Below are positions 31,371 to 42,391 of a stretch of 64,000 bases of DNA, piece after piece. Positions within the stretch are counted from its first letter, which is position 1, and every line of letters starts with the position of its first letter. The notes under the pieces were generated by a model. That model was not told the DNA's origin. It made no database searches and worked only from the letters and a program-made list of their open reading frames with translations. This stretch comes from an uncultured Gammaproteobacteria bacterium (GTDB lineage: Bacteria; Pseudomonadota; Gammaproteobacteria; CAWCPV01): NCBI GenBank assembly GCA_963797555.1, contig CAWCPV010000007.1:1-64000 (forward strand), in the 5' to 3' direction. Both the position numbers and the translations under genes were made by a program.

Positions 31371-32912
31371 TTACAACTGTGGATGAGTCCGTTGCACTGG
31401 AGCCATGGCCTTGTTGAGGGCGTGCACATAGGCCTTGGCGGACGCGATCACGATGTCGGTATCGGCACCCTGGCCGTTCACGATCCGCCCGGCTTTCTCG
31501 ACCCGCACGGTGACCTCGCCCTGGGCATCGGTGCCGCTGGTAATGTTGTTCACGGAATAGAGCTGGAGTACCGTTCCGCTCTGCATGATGCTTTCGACGG
31601 CACGAAAGGTGGCGTCCACGGGCCCACTCCCCGGCGCACTGGCCCGCCTCTCCTCACCGTCCACCCACAGGGTGACGTTGGCGATGGGCGTCTCCCCGGT
31701 TTCAGAGCACACCCGCAACGAGAGCAGCTTCACGCGCTCGCCTTCCGCCGCTAGCTGGGTGTCCGTCACCAAGGTTTGAAGGTCCTCATCATAGATCTCG
31801 TGTTTCTTGTCGGCCAGATCCTTGAAGCGCTGGAACGCGCCATTCAGCTCCTCCTCGGTGTCGAAGCTGATCCCCAACTCCCTGAGCCGCGCGCGGAAGG
31901 CGTTCCGGCCCGAGTGCTTCCCCAGCACCATACGGTTGGCGGTCCAGCCCACGTCCTGGGCGCGCATGATCTCGTAAGTCTCGCGGCTCTTGAGCACCCC
32001 GTCCTGATGGATGCCGGACTCGTGAGCGAACGCGTTCGCGCCCACGATAGCCTTGTTGGGCTGTACCGGGAAGCCGGTGATTCCCGATACCAGGCGGCTC
32101 ACGGGGACGATTTGGGTGGTATCGACCTCGACGTTGCATGGGAACACGTCACGCCGGGTACGCACTGCCATGACGACTTCCTCTAGCGCCGCGTTCCCGG
32201 CACGCTCCCCCAGGCCATTGATAGTGCACTCCACTTGCCGCGCGCCGTGCAGGACAGCGGCCAACGAGTTGGCCACCGCCAGGCCCAGGTCGTTATGGCA
32301 ATGCACCGAAAACACCGCCTGATCGGAATTCGGCACCCGCTCGATGAGCTGGCGAACGAGCTCGCCGAACTGCCCGGGAAGGTTGTAGCCCACGGTGTCG
32401 GGGATGTTGACAGTGCGGGCTCCGGCGCCGATGACCGCCTCGATCACTCGGCACAAGAAATCGGGCTCCGACCGGCCGGCGTCCTCCGGGGAGAACTCCA
32501 CGTCGTCCGTATACTGACGGGCGCGCCGCACGGCCCGCACTGCCTGCTCCAATACCTGCTCGGGCGTCATGCGTAACTTCAACTGCATGTGTATCGGCGA
32601 GGTTGCGATGAAGGTGTGGATGCGAGCTGCGCCCGTTCCGCGAAGGGCTTCGGCGGCGCGCTCGATGTCCCGATCGACGGCCCGCGCGAGAGCGCAGACA
32701 GCGCTGTCCTTGACTTGTGCCGCCACGGCTTGGACGGCCTCGAAGTCGCCGTTGCTGGCTACCGGAAAGCCGGCCTCGATGACATCCACGCGCATGCGTT
32801 CCAGCGCCTTGGCGATGCGCACCTTCTCTTCCCGGGTCATGGAGGCGCCGGGGCTCTGCTCCCCATCCCGCAAAGTGGTATCGAAGATAATCAAACGGCT
32901 GTTCCGGCTCAT
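31371..32912 (-). CDS. leuA: 2-isopropylmalate synthase (E. coli-type LeuA)
   Basis: [38 protein letters not shown]-terminal regulatory domain. Confidence 0.95.
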   Translation of the reverse strand: MSRNSRLIIFDTTLRDGEQSPGASMTREEKVRIAKALERMRVDVIEAGFPVASNGDFEAVQAVAAQVKDSAVCALARAVDRDIERAAEALRGTGAARIHTFIATSPIHMQLKLRMTPEQVLEQAVRAVRRARQYTDDVEFSPEDAGRSEPDFLCRVIEAVIGAGARTVNIPDTVGYNLPGQFGELVRQLIERVPNSDQAVFSVHCHNDLGLAVANSLAAVLHGARQVECTINGLGERAGNAALEEVVMAVRTRRDVFPCNVEVDTTQIVPVSRLVSGITGFPVQPNKAIVGANAFAHESGIHQDGVLKSRETYEIMRAQDVGWTANRMVLGKHSGRNAFRARLRELGISFDTEEELNGAFQRFKDLADKKHEIYDEDLQTLVTDTQLAAEGERVKLLSLRVCSETGETPIANVTLWVDGEERRASAPGSGPVDATFRAVESIMQSGTVLQLYSVNNITSGTDAQGEVTVRVEKAGRIVNGQGADTDIVIASAKAYVHALNKAMAPVQRTHPQL

Positions 32913-33167
32913 GACGTTGCTCCGTCCGGCAATGTCCGGGCCCAGACAGCCGCTGGCGTGCCTGGGGGCGGTGTAATCGAGGTGCGAGGTGAGCGACGAA
33001 CGTGCCTGCTCTTGGCAGGACAGCAGTCGCGGATTGGAATTGGATCGGTGCAGCAGCGCGGCCCACTGGGGACCCGCTGAGCCGGAATGGTTTCGGCGAG
33101 GAGAGCGATGCGCGGCGCAGCGTACGCGTGGTGCCGGGGTCTGGCCAATCCCACGCCGCCGCTGGCC

Positions 33168-34784
33168 TCATGGGGGTGCCCTCAGCACAGTCAGCATCTC
33201 GTATCCCCGATAGGGTTGCGCCTGTTCCACCTTCAGATCGGGGACCTCGGACCAGTCGCGAACAGCCATGACCAGTCGCCCACCCGGATGAGCACGAAGC
33301 CACCTCGTCGCATCCCCGACCTCGTCCAGGACATCCAGCGGCTGGCGCAGTCGTCCCACGAACTGGAACTCGCCGCGGTAATTGCCCACATACGCTAACG
33401 GGTGGCCTTCCCGTTGCAGCTTGGCCAGCCACTGTGCCGTCGGTGTAACGTCATAGTACGGCACCGCCGCACGGACCCCTCCGAGATACAGGGCAACAGC
33501 CCCCAGCACCGACGCAGCCGTCAGGGTGAGCACGCGTGTGGAGAGGCGTCCGCGCAGCCACCAGGCCAGCGCTATCCCACCGGTCACGAGCGCGCCTGCC
33601 AGGAGCGGAGACACGCGAGTAGTCCAGCCGGGAAGACCCAGACTGGGTCCCGCGTACCGAACCAGAAGCACTGCGACACCGAGCAGGATGAGGAAGAGTC
33701 CGGGCAACCATCCGTCCCTGTCGCCGAGGTCGGCAGTCTCCAAAGAGCGCCCGGCCGCCAAGGCAAAGATGGGGGCGAGCGGGACGAGATAATGGACCTG
33801 CTTGCTGCTGACCAGGGAGAGCAGCACCAGCCCCGGAATTGCACATGCCGCGCAGAAGCGCATCCCCGGGTCGCCCGCGGCGCTGCGCGCTGCAGCTCGC
33901 CAGAGGGCGGGCCAAACTGACCACGGCAGCAGGACCAAGGGCACGATCGGCAGATACCACCACCACGGGTGACGGTGGGCAGACGCCTCCATCAGCCGAT
34001 CCGCGGTCTGCCCCCAGAGAATGGTCTCGGTGTAAGGCTCACCCCCGTGCAGCGCGGCGGGAATGACCCAACAGAGTGCGATGGCGCCGCCCAGCAGGAG
34101 GCTCCAGCCGAGAGCCCGGTACCAACGGGCGCGAGGAATCGCCATTGTGCCTCCGCTCCACCAAGGCGCCAACGCCGCCGCGGGAACGGTATAGATGAGC
34201 ACGACCGGCCCCTTCGCCAGCAGGCCCAGACCGAGAGCGGTGCCACCCGCCAGCCAAGCCCCGGGAGCTGCCGAGCGCCACGCGGCGAGGAAGGCCGAGA
34301 GGGCCATCAGCACGCAACAGGTTAACAACATGTCGAACATCACCGGCGTCGCGAAGAAGACCCACAGGACAGTCCCGAGCAAGATGGCCGGGGCAAGCTC
34401 AGCCGGCCGCGTCTCTCCCGGCCACAGTTGTCGGGCCAAGCGAGCGGTCAGGATCAGGCTGGCTACGGTGAACAGTCCAGGGACCAGGCGCGGCCACAGG
34501 CTGCTCACACCGAAGACGCGCCACCCGAGACAGATGAGCCAGAACAGCAGCGGCGGTTTCTGGCTATAAGGTCGACCGTTGAGGTGGGGGATCAGCGCGT
34601 CGCCGTGCAGCCACATCTCCCACGCCACGGAGACGTACCGCGTCTCGTCCACCGGCCACAGGGGACGGACCCAGGTCGTCGTGAGCCATAGCACGAGCCA
34701 CAAAGCGAGCACCGCTCCCAGCATCCACGGCCAGGCCGCGGAGCGGGATGACGGCGCGGTCCGGAAGGACGGCTGTGGGTCCAC
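33168..34784 (-). CDS. ArnT-like glycosyltransferase (GT-C fold)
   Basis: DETRY...EM, PHLNG.PY..KPPL.FW, LAKGP, KQVHYL.P and multiple TMs. Confidence 0.85.
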   Translation of the reverse strand: MDPQPSFRTAPSSRSAAWPWMLGAVLALWLVLWLTTTWVRPLWPVDETRYVSVAWEMWLHGDALIPHLNGRPYSQKPPLLFWLICLGWRVFGVSSLWPRLVPGLFTVASLILTARLARQLWPGETRPAELAPAILLGTVLWVFFATPVMFDMLLTCCVLMALSAFLAAWRSAAPGAWLAGGTALGLGLLAKGPVVLIYTVPAAALAPWWSGGTMAIPRARWYRALGWSLLLGGAIALCWVIPAALHGGEPYTETILWGQTADRLMEASAHRHPWWWYLPIVPLVLLPWSVWPALWRAAARSAAGDPGMRFCAACAIPGLVLLSLVSSKQVHYLVPLAPIFALAAGRSLETADLGDRDGWLPGLFLILLGVAVLLVRYAGPSLGLPGWTTRVSPLLAGALVTGGIALAWWLRGRLSTRVLTLTAASVLGAVALYLGGVRAAVPYYDVTPTAQWLAKLQREGHPLAYVGNYRGEFQFVGRLRQPLDVLDEVGDATRWLRAHPGGRLVMAVRDWSEVPDLKVEQAQPYRGYEMLTVLRAPP

Positions 34785-34967
34785 GAAATGGTCTACCCGG
34801 GATCGAAGCTGCCAACTATATAATTCTGCTGGGCGTCCCGATAGCGGTGTTGTGCGACGATCGATCTTCGCCTATCGGAGTGGATAGGCACAAGCTCTGT
34901 CCCGATAGCGCCAGACCGGTTGCGCCGACCCCCACCGCGGCTGGCTTCGGCAACCGAGCCCCGCGGT

Positions 34968-35264
34968 CTAACCGCCTTGAAGCGGTGTCTGGAGCGCCTT
35001 GTCGCGGCGCTCGCGTATCACGAGGTGCAGGTTGCGCGCATAAATGAAGACGCCCGCGGCCTGGCCGACGATGAAGACCGGGTCCTGGCGGTGAACCGCA
35101 TACGTCAGCAATACGAGACCGCCGCCGAGACTGAAGTACCAGAACGCCGTCGGTATGACGCTTCGACGCAGCCGCTCGCTCTGCAACCACTGGATGAGAA
35201 AACGCGCCGAGAAAAGGGCTTGGCCGGTGAAACCCACCGCCAGCCAAAAGCCTTCAATGTTCAA
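34968..35264 (-). CDS. Lipid A biosynthesis N-terminal-domain (LAB-N) membrane protein
   Basis: GFTGQALFSARFLIQW..SE...SVIP.AFWYFS..GG...DPVFIVGQ...YARN. Confidence 0.85.
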   Translation of the reverse strand: MNIEGFWLAVGFTGQALFSARFLIQWLQSERLRRSVIPTAFWYFSLGGGLVLLTYAVHRQDPVFIVGQAAGVFIYARNLHLVIRERRDKALQTPLQGG

Positions 35265-36012
35265 GGGACGGATCCTCCGTGAGGACAGCACGCGTGGACC
35301 GGCGCTGCAGCCACATCACACCCAGCAGGTCGACTATGCCGACCCAGAGCCTGTTGCGCACGCCGTAGTGTGACCTGCCGCGTGTGCGCGGACGGTGCCG
35401 CACCTCGACGGACCGGACCCGGCCGCCGCTGCGCAACATCAGCGCGGGCAGGAAGCGGTGCATGTGATCGAAGTAGGGAAGATCGAGAAAGGTGTCGCGG
35501 TGGAACAGCTTCAGCCCACAGCCCGTATCCGGTGTCCGATCCTGAAGGAGGAACGCGCGGATGCCGTTCGCGACCCGCGACGAGACCCGTCTCAGGACGG
35601 TGTCACGACGGCGGCGCCGGTAGCCCGCGATCATCTGATCGAGGGGTGCATGATCCAGATTGCCCAGCTCGCCGAGCAGCTTCGGAATGTCCCCGGGGTC
35701 GTTCTGGCCGTCCCCGTCCAGGGTGACCACCCACGGCGCGCGGGCCCCCTTTACGCCTGTGCGCAGCGCGGTGCTTTGGCCACAGCTCTGCCGGTGACCG
35801 ATCACGCGCAGCCGCGGGAACTCCACCGCCAGTGCGGCCAGCCGTGCGGCCGTGTCGTCGGTGCTGCCGTCATCGACGTACAGCACCTCGTAATCCAGCC
35901 GCCCATCCAACGCGCCTCGGATCTCCTCGACCAGCGGCGCGATGTTCTCGGCCTCGTCGCGCACTGGGACCACGACGGAAAGCTCGACGGCCCGGGTACC
36001 GGTGGAAGTCAT
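35254..36012 (-). CDS. GT2 glycosyltransferase (polyprenol-phosphate sugar synthase-like)
   Basis: LSVVVP, VDDGSTD, GQSTA, TLDGDGQNDP, DTGCGLK, HRFLP. Confidence 0.9.
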   Translation of the reverse strand: MTSTGTRAVELSVVVPVRDEAENIAPLVEEIRGALDGRLDYEVLYVDDGSTDDTAARLAALAVEFPRLRVIGHRQSCGQSTALRTGVKGARAPWVVTLDGDGQNDPGDIPKLLGELGNLDHAPLDQMIAGYRRRRRDTVLRRVSSRVANGIRAFLLQDRTPDTGCGLKLFHRDTFLDLPYFDHMHRFLPALMLRSGGRVRSVEVRHRPRTRGRSHYGVRNRLWVGIVDLLGVMWLQRRSTRAVLTEDPSLEH

Positions 36013-36188
36013 GGAAACGAAGCGACGGCGTGACCAGGAGCGATCGGGCTTGCTTCCGCGCTCGCGACGACGCCCACAACCGTGACCTGGGGGAAGACTG
36101 ACATCGATCGCCCGGGGGCCGGCCTGCCCGATGGCTCCGCTCGGCGGCCCACGACCGCCGGCAACAGGAATCTATGGTGCGGACGCCC

Positions 36189-37607
36189 TCACGTGCCTCT
36201 GATGGCCGCGATCATGCCGCTCGTGGAGCAGCCGTCGATCCAGTCCAGCACCACCACGCGCCCGCCGCCCGACCGCACGCATTGGCCTCCCGCGATGGCT
36301 TCCGGGCGATAATCCCCGCCCTTGACCAGTACGTCAGGACGGACGCGGCATATCAGTCGCTCGGGCGTATCCTCCGCGAACGGCACGACCCAATCCACGG
36401 CGGACAGTCCCGCAAGGACCTCCATGCGCTGCGCCAAGGGATTCACGGGTCGACGTTGCCCCTTCAGGCGGCGCACCGAAGCATCGTCGTTGACGGCCAC
36501 AATCAACCTCTCTCCGAGGGCTCGGGCCTGCTCCAGATAGCGGACGTGGCCGGCGTGCAGGAGGTCGAAACACCCATTCGTCATGACCAGGACCTCCCCT
36601 CGCCCTCGGGCGGCCGCCGCCGCTCCAACCAGGGTCTCCTCGTCAACGACGCCCCGCGATGGCGACGCCTGCTCGGTCAGCGCGTCGTGCAACTCGTCCG
36701 GGCTGACGACGGCGGCACCGAGCTTTCCCACGACGATGCCGGCAGCCACGTTCGCCAACTGGGCGGCGCGGGCCAAGTCCTGGCCTGCTGCGAGGGACAC
36801 GGCCAACATTGCCGCGACGGTATCTCCCGCGCCGGTGACATCATACACCTCGCGGGCCCGCGCAGGCAGGTGCAGCGCCTCGCGGCCCGCGGCAAAGAGC
36901 GTCATCCCCCGCTCTCCCTGGGTGACGAGCAGGGCGTTTAGATCGATCTCCTCACGCAGCGCTTCCGCCCTGCGCCGGAGCACCTCCTCGTCATCGCAGG
37001 GGCCCACGACGGCTTCCAGCTCCGCCAGGTTCGGCGTCAGTACCGTCGCCCCCCGATAACGCCCGAAGTCCCTTCCCTTGGGGTCCACCAGCACGGGTTT
37101 CCCGGCGGCCTTCGCCATGGGGATCCAGCGTTCCACGGCCCGCAGCGTGCCTTTAGCGTAGTCGGAGAACAGCACGACATCGGCCCTCGGAAGGTGCGCG
37201 CGGAGCCGACGTTCCACAGGCGCCGGGTCGGGAAACTCGAACCCCCCTTCGAAATCCAACCGGATGAGCTGCTGGTGACGGCTCAGAACGCGCACTTTCG
37301 CGACCGTCGCACAGTGTGGGACCCGCTCCACCTGGCAATCGACGCCCACGGACTCCAGGTGTCGGCACAGCGTCGCCCCGGCCTCATCCTCCCCGACCAC
37401 GCCTATCAATGTGACGCTGGCGCCCAGGGCCGCGATGTTCAGGGCGACATTACCGGCCCCGCCAGGGCGCTCCTCCGCCCCTCGCACGTACACCACCGGA
37501 ACCGGCGCCTCGGGTGAGAGTCGCCAACTGTCGCCATGCCAGTACCGGTCGAGCATGATGTCGCCGACGACCAGGACGTGAGCGCGGGCAAACGACGGCG
37601 GGAGCAC
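36189..37607 (-). CDS. hldE: Bifunctional heptose 7-phosphate kinase / heptose 1-phosphate adenylyltransferase
   Basis: VGDIMLDRY, SPEAPVPV, DVTGAGDTV, TNGCFDLLHAGH, VKGGDY. Confidence 0.95.
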   Translation of the reverse strand: MLPPSFARAHVLVVGDIMLDRYWHGDSWRLSPEAPVPVVYVRGAEERPGGAGNVALNIAALGASVTLIGVVGEDEAGATLCRHLESVGVDCQVERVPHCATVAKVRVLSRHQQLIRLDFEGGFEFPDPAPVERRLRAHLPRADVVLFSDYAKGTLRAVERWIPMAKAAGKPVLVDPKGRDFGRYRGATVLTPNLAELEAVVGPCDDEEVLRRRAEALREEIDLNALLVTQGERGMTLFAAGREALHLPARAREVYDVTGAGDTVAAMLAVSLAAGQDLARAAQLANVAAGIVVGKLGAAVVSPDELHDALTEQASPSRGVVDEETLVGAAAAARGRGEVLVMTNGCFDLLHAGHVRYLEQARALGERLIVAVNDDASVRRLKGQRRPVNPLAQRMEVLAGLSAVDWVVPFAEDTPERLICRVRPDVLVKGGDYRPEAIAGGQCVRSGGGRVVVLDWIDGCSTSGMIAAIRGT

Positions 37608-37885
37608 GAGAAACGTTGGACCAAACTAAAGGTACGGCATCTTATCACAGCCCCTCGCGTCCCGCCGGGATGGACGCCAGGCGGGGGGGCGGCACCGCTA
37701 AGCGGCAGAGGTTGGCGCTCAGCAGGCTCCTGCAGAAGCGCCGTGAGCGGAGGCAGCGCTCCACCACTCTACCAGGGGCCATGACTGTACGATCTCTTGC
37801 CGGCGGGCGCCAACGAGCGGTGGCAATCGCAGGGGACACCTGAGCGCGCTTGCCTCCTCGGCGGGGTGTTTCCAATCGCGTCCGC

Positions 37886-38371
37886 TCACTCCACATACCC
37901 CAACGGCAGCTCTGTGGACTCCACCACCCGTCGCATCACGAAGCTCGAGTGTACGCCGCTCACCCCCTCGATGCGGGTGATCTTGTCGAGCAGGAACTCC
38001 TGGTAGTGATCCATGTCCGGGACTACTACCTTGAGCAGGTAGTCGGCGTCTTGGCCGGTGATCAGGTAGCACTCCTGCACCTCGGGGTACTGGCGCACCT
38101 TCACCTCGAATGCCTCGAAGCGCTCCGGGGTGTGACGGTCCATGCTGATCTGGATGATGGCGGTGAGACTGAGCCCCAGCTTGCGGCGGTCGAGCAGAGT
38201 CACGCGCTGCTGGATGATGCCGGCCTCCTCGAGCTGCTTGACCCGGCGCGAGCACGGGGAGGGCGACAGGCCGATGCGCTCGGCGAGATCCTGGTTGGTC
38301 AAGCCGCCGTCTCTCTGCAGCTCGGTGAGGATGCGCTTGTCGAAGCGGTCTAGCTTGGGCTGATCCGGCAT
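37886..38371 (-). CDS. Lrp/AsnC family transcriptional regulator
   Basis: LDRFDKRIL.ELQ.DG...LAERIGLSPSPC.RRVK.LE; ECYLITG..DYLLKVV. Confidence 0.9.
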   Translation of the reverse strand: MPDQPKLDRFDKRILTELQRDGGLTNQDLAERIGLSPSPCSRRVKQLEEAGIIQQRVTLLDRRKLGLSLTAIIQISMDRHTPERFEAFEVKVRQYPEVQECYLITGQDADYLLKVVVPDMDHYQEFLLDKITRIEGVSGVHSSFVMRRVVESTELPLGYVE

Positions 38372-38493
38372 GTCGGGCCTCGTCGGCAAGAAAACGCTAG
38401 AGACGCTCACATTCTAGCAATACATCATCAAAGTTCACGCTAGTTCGAGTCAAATTCGCAAGGACATGCTCCGACGACTCGCCTAGACTGTAA

Positions 38494-38549
38494 CTCAGGC
38501 CCGGCGCCTCACCACTGGCGCCTGAGCCGACAGGGGGCAACCCCCCCTG
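38494..38549 (+). promoter_or_regulatory. Two stem-loops in the leader of the second leuA
   Basis: CTCAGGC...GCCTGAG and CAGGGG-GCAACCC-CCCCTG, 30-85 nt before ATG 38579. Function inferred only. Confidence 0.3.
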
Positions 38550-38578
38550 CCCGAAAACCGACACGAGACAGGTGGAAC

Positions 38579-40270
38579 ATGAGCCGCTTCGATCATCGCA
38601 AGTACCGTCCCTTTCTGCCGGTTGCCAAGCGCGACCGGCGCTGGCCGGACGGGGTCATCAGCCGGGCGCCCTCTTGGTGCAGCGTGGATCTCCGCGATGG
38701 TAACCAGGCTCTCGTCCGGCCCATGAGTGTCGAGCAAAAGATGCGCATGTTCCAGCTACTCGTGCGGCTCGGCTTCAAGGAGATCGAGGTCGGCTTTCCG
38801 GCGGCGTCCAAGCCCGACTTCGACTTCGTGCGCAAACTCATCGGCGATCGACTGATCCCCGAGGACGTGACCATCCAGGTGCTCACCCAGGCACGACCCG
38901 AGATCATCGCTCGCACCTACGAGGCACTGCGCGGAGTGCGGCGCGCCATCGTGCACGTCTACAACTCCATCAACCGGGTACAGCGGGAGCAGGTGTTTCG
39001 CCTCGACCGCGAGGGCGTGAAGGCCATCGCGGTGCACGGGGCGCAGGACGTGAAGGCCGGTGCCGCGGCCCACCCCCAAACCGAGTGGGTGTTCCAGTAC
39101 TCTCCGGAGAGCTTCAGCGGTACCGAGCTCGACTACGCCGTGGAGGTGGTCGATGCGGTAAACGCCGTGTGGCGCCCGCAGGAGGGGCAGCCCGTCATCA
39201 TCAACCTCCCTGCCACCGTGGAGATGGCGACCCCCAACGTCTTCGCCGATCAGGTCGAGTGGTTCTGTGATCGGGTCGCGCAGCGCAGCCATTTCACCGT
39301 GAGCGTGCACACCCATAACGACCGCGGCTGCGCGGTGGCAGCAGCGGAGCTCGCGGTGATGGCGGGCGCCGACCGGGTGGAGGGGACGCTGCTCGGCAAC
39401 GGCGAGCGCACCGGCAACATGGACATCGTGACCATGGCGCTGAATCTGTACTCCCAAGGCATAGACCCCAGGCTGGACCTCTCCGGGATGGGGGAGGTCG
39501 TCGAGTGTTTCACCGAGTGCACCAACATGCCGGTGCATCCGCGCCATCCCTGGGTGGGGGAGCTGGTCTACACCGCTTTCTCGGGCAGCCACCAGGACGC
39601 CATCCGCAAGGGCATGACTCATCCCCGCACGGCCGAAGGGCACTGGGAGGTGCCCTACCTCCCCATCGACCCGCGCGACCTCGGGCGACGCTACGAGGAG
39701 GTTGTGCGCATCAACAGCCAGTCCGGCAAGGGCGGCGTGGCGCACGTGCTGGAGCGCGATTACGGCCTGAGCCTGCCGCGTTGGCTCGCCCACGAGTTCA
39801 GCCAGGTCGTGCAGGCGCATGCCGAGCAGGCAGGCAGCGAGGTCGGTTCCACGCGCATCTACCGGCTATTCCGGGAGCACTACGTCTCCCCGGCAGCCGA
39901 CTGGGTGATGCACGACTATGACCTGCGCCGCGCGGGCGACGAGGTGCAGGCGGACGTCACGGTCGGCACGCAGCCATCCCGCCTGCGGCTGCATGGGCGC
40001 GGGCATGGCGTCGTCGAGGCTCTGGTGGATGCCTTGGCCCGCCAGCGCGGTGTGGAGGTCGAGGTCGAGCAGTTCGACGAGCGTGCCCTCGGGCCGGGCA
40101 CCGAGGCGGACGCCCTCGCCTGCGTGCGGGTGCGCTTGGGCGAGACGGCCGCCTCTGCGGCGGCTCTCGCCGAGGACACGGCCTCGGCGGCGTTGCAGGC
40201 GGTGCTCACCGCCGTGGGATTGGCGCTAAACAGAGGTGCCCTCGAGGCAAAGGCGGCGTCCGGAGAGTGA
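38579..40270 (+). CDS. leuA: 2-isopropylmalate synthase, yeast/actinobacterial (LeuA type 2) form
   Basis: KYRPF...R.WP...WCSVDLRDGNQAL, YSPESF, NLPATVE, HTHNDRG, GNGERTGN, AFSGSHQDAI, RINSQSGKGG. Confidence 0.9.
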   Translation: MSRFDHRKYRPFLPVAKRDRRWPDGVISRAPSWCSVDLRDGNQALVRPMSVEQKMRMFQLLVRLGFKEIEVGFPAASKPDFDFVRKLIGDRLIPEDVTIQVLTQARPEIIARTYEALRGVRRAIVHVYNSINRVQREQVFRLDREGVKAIAVHGAQDVKAGAAAHPQTEWVFQYSPESFSGTELDYAVEVVDAVNAVWRPQEGQPVIINLPATVEMATPNVFADQVEWFCDRVAQRSHFTVSVHTHNDRGCAVAAAELAVMAGADRVEGTLLGNGERTGNMDIVTMALNLYSQGIDPRLDLSGMGEVVECFTECTNMPVHPRHPWVGELVYTAFSGSHQDAIRKGMTHPRTAEGHWEVPYLPIDPRDLGRRYEEVVRINSQSGKGGVAHVLERDYGLSLPRWLAHEFSQVVQAHAEQAGSEVGSTRIYRLFREHYVSPAADWVMHDYDLRRAGDEVQADVTVGTQPSRLRLHGRGHGVVEALVDALARQRGVEVEVEQFDERALGPGTEADALACVRVRLGETAASAAALAEDTASAALQAVLTAVGLALNRGALEAKAASGE

Positions 40271-40417
40271 GGCTGTCGTCGGGACAGGAAAGGCGCGGAC
40301 TCGGCGCGGGTCGACTGGGTGGAGCGTCTGTGTCACCGTCCCTCGCCCATCTCCATTTAATCTAATGTCTCGTCGCTGCGCTCCGCGCCCGTCGCCCCGA
40401 GGCCGCCGCGGTTCTCA

Positions 40418-40558
40418 GAGCTTGTGAAGAAATCGTCGCGAGCGGCCCGAGAGCAAGGCGCACGGAGCGCAGCGACGAGACATATCAAGTAGATAGGCGA
40501 GGAGCGCGCACCGCGCAACGCCGCTATCGGGACGCGCAGCAGATTTATTCACAAGCTC
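40418..40558. repeat. MITE copy with TCA target duplication (a partial copy lies just upstream at ~40338-40400)
   Basis: TCA|GAGCTTGTGAA...TTCACAAGCTC|TCA. Confidence 0.8.
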
Positions 40559-40839
40559 TCAGAGGCGCGTCGTGCGGGAGCCTGCCGCACCTACTGACCC
40601 GCGATGACGGCGAACCGGGGCGCAACATCGGTGCGGCACCGCGGGGGCCAGGTAAAAAAAAAGGTACACCCACTGCCAGGTCCCGCGGCCCACAACGTTC
40701 TCCTCCGCCCTGCCCGGGCAGATCGCTGGGGCAATCCCGGCGGTCACGCCGCGCGATCCGCATAGCGCTTTAAGAAAGGACTTGCGTTTGCTGGAACTTC
40801 GCCTAAAATCCGAGGAACCTCTCGTAAGGCTAGGTGCGG

Positions 40840-42118
40840 ATGATGCGTTTCGCTGCCTTGGTGATCCCGATAGGTATGCTTGCCGTCCTCGGCGGCTGTG
40901 CCTCGAATCCTCCCGCCGTTTCCTCAGGCGAACGTCCAACCGAGCCACCGGCCAACGCGGCGGTGGCGCAGGCACCGGAGGCGGCAAGGGTCGAGGGTAT
41001 CTCCGCCGCGCGTCATCGTGCCGTCGGGGCCTACGCCGCGGCGGCGCTGACCGGGGACTACGCCGCTTATCCTGCCGCCGGGGATCTCATCGGCCGTCTG
41101 GTGAAAGAGCAGGGTTTCGAGCGGGATTATCTCTACGGCCTGTTCTCCCGCGTCGAGCGCCAGCAGTGGATCCTCGACTACGTCGACCGCCCGACGCACG
41201 AGGCCGCCAAGGGACCGCCGCGCGGCTGGAAGCGTTACCGGGCGAAGTTTCTCACCGATGGAGATGATCGAGCAGGGCGTGCGCTTCTGGCGCGAGCACG
41301 CCGACGCGCTGGATCGGGCCCATGTCCGTTACGGCGTGCCGCCCGAATACGTCATCGCCATCATCGGCGTCGAGAGCCACTATGGCGCCAACGTCGGCAC
41401 GCACCGCGTCATCGACGCCCTCGCCACCCTGGCTTTCGATTATCCCCGCCGAGCGGACTTCTTCGGGAACGAGCTGCTGGAATTCCTGGTGATGGCGCGT
41501 GACGAGGGCTTCGACCCCTTGGAGCCCGTAGGCTCCTACGCCGGCGCCATGGGACTGGGTCAGTTCCTGCCCAGCAGCTTCCATCGCTTCGCCGTGGACT
41601 TTGACGGCGACGGGCGGCGCGACCTCTGGAACCCAGTGGATGCGATAGGCAGCGTCGCGAACTACTTCAGCGAGCAGGGCTGGCGCGGCGAAGAGGCCGT
41701 GGCCGTCGCGGCCGCGGCGCACGGGAGCGCGGCGCACGCTCTGGAGGCGGACTATACGACCAGCTACAGCCTGGACATGCTGGCCGCGAACGGCGTGACC
41801 GCCCACCTACCGGTGGACGGCTCCGGGGAAGTGAGCCTCCTGCGTCTGGATACCGTCGGGGGATACGAGTACTGGCTGGGGCTGCACAACTTCTACGTGA
41901 TCACCCGATATAATCACAGCACTTACTATGCGATGGCCGTGCACCAGCTCGCGCAGGCCATACGGGCGCGCGGGGACCGCCTCGACAAGCCCATTCTGAC
42001 GCTCTCCCATAAGACACCTCAACAGCTAAAGGTGTCGACCGCATCCCGGCGGATCACTCCTCGCCGGGGCAGTGCACGCGCTCGGGGTCTGGCGGCGCGA
42101 TCCCCAGAGACGGCATAA
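40840..42118 (+). CDS. mltB: Membrane-bound lytic murein transglycosylase B, frameshift near 41258
   Basis: Lipobox LGGC; IIGVESHYG, GSYAGAMG.GQFLPSS, AVDFDGDG..DLW, NFYVITRYNHS.YYAMAV. Confidence 0.85.
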
Positions 42119-42391
42119 CAGGCCCGCTCGCCGTTCGGCGGACCTGCCGGGTCGCGTCCGTCATCTTCGCTTCGGGGAACCGCTGCGTCGCCCGGTCAAG
42201 GACGATCGCCCTTGTTCAAGCGGATGGATGCGACCAGGGAGCGGGTCCGGACCCAAGTATCATGGGAGCCGGCGATCTGAGCACGCGCATCGAGCCAGAC
42301 AGATGCGAGCGTACAGCCAAGCTCGAAGGCGATCGGTGTGTGGTCAGGAAAGCTTTCCGACAAGCACGGGATTTTGGAAGGGAGGAGTGTC

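Noticed and set aside
32913-33160. Leucine attenuator leader upstream of the first leuA
   Set aside because: No convincing Leu-rich leader peptide or terminator hairpin found.
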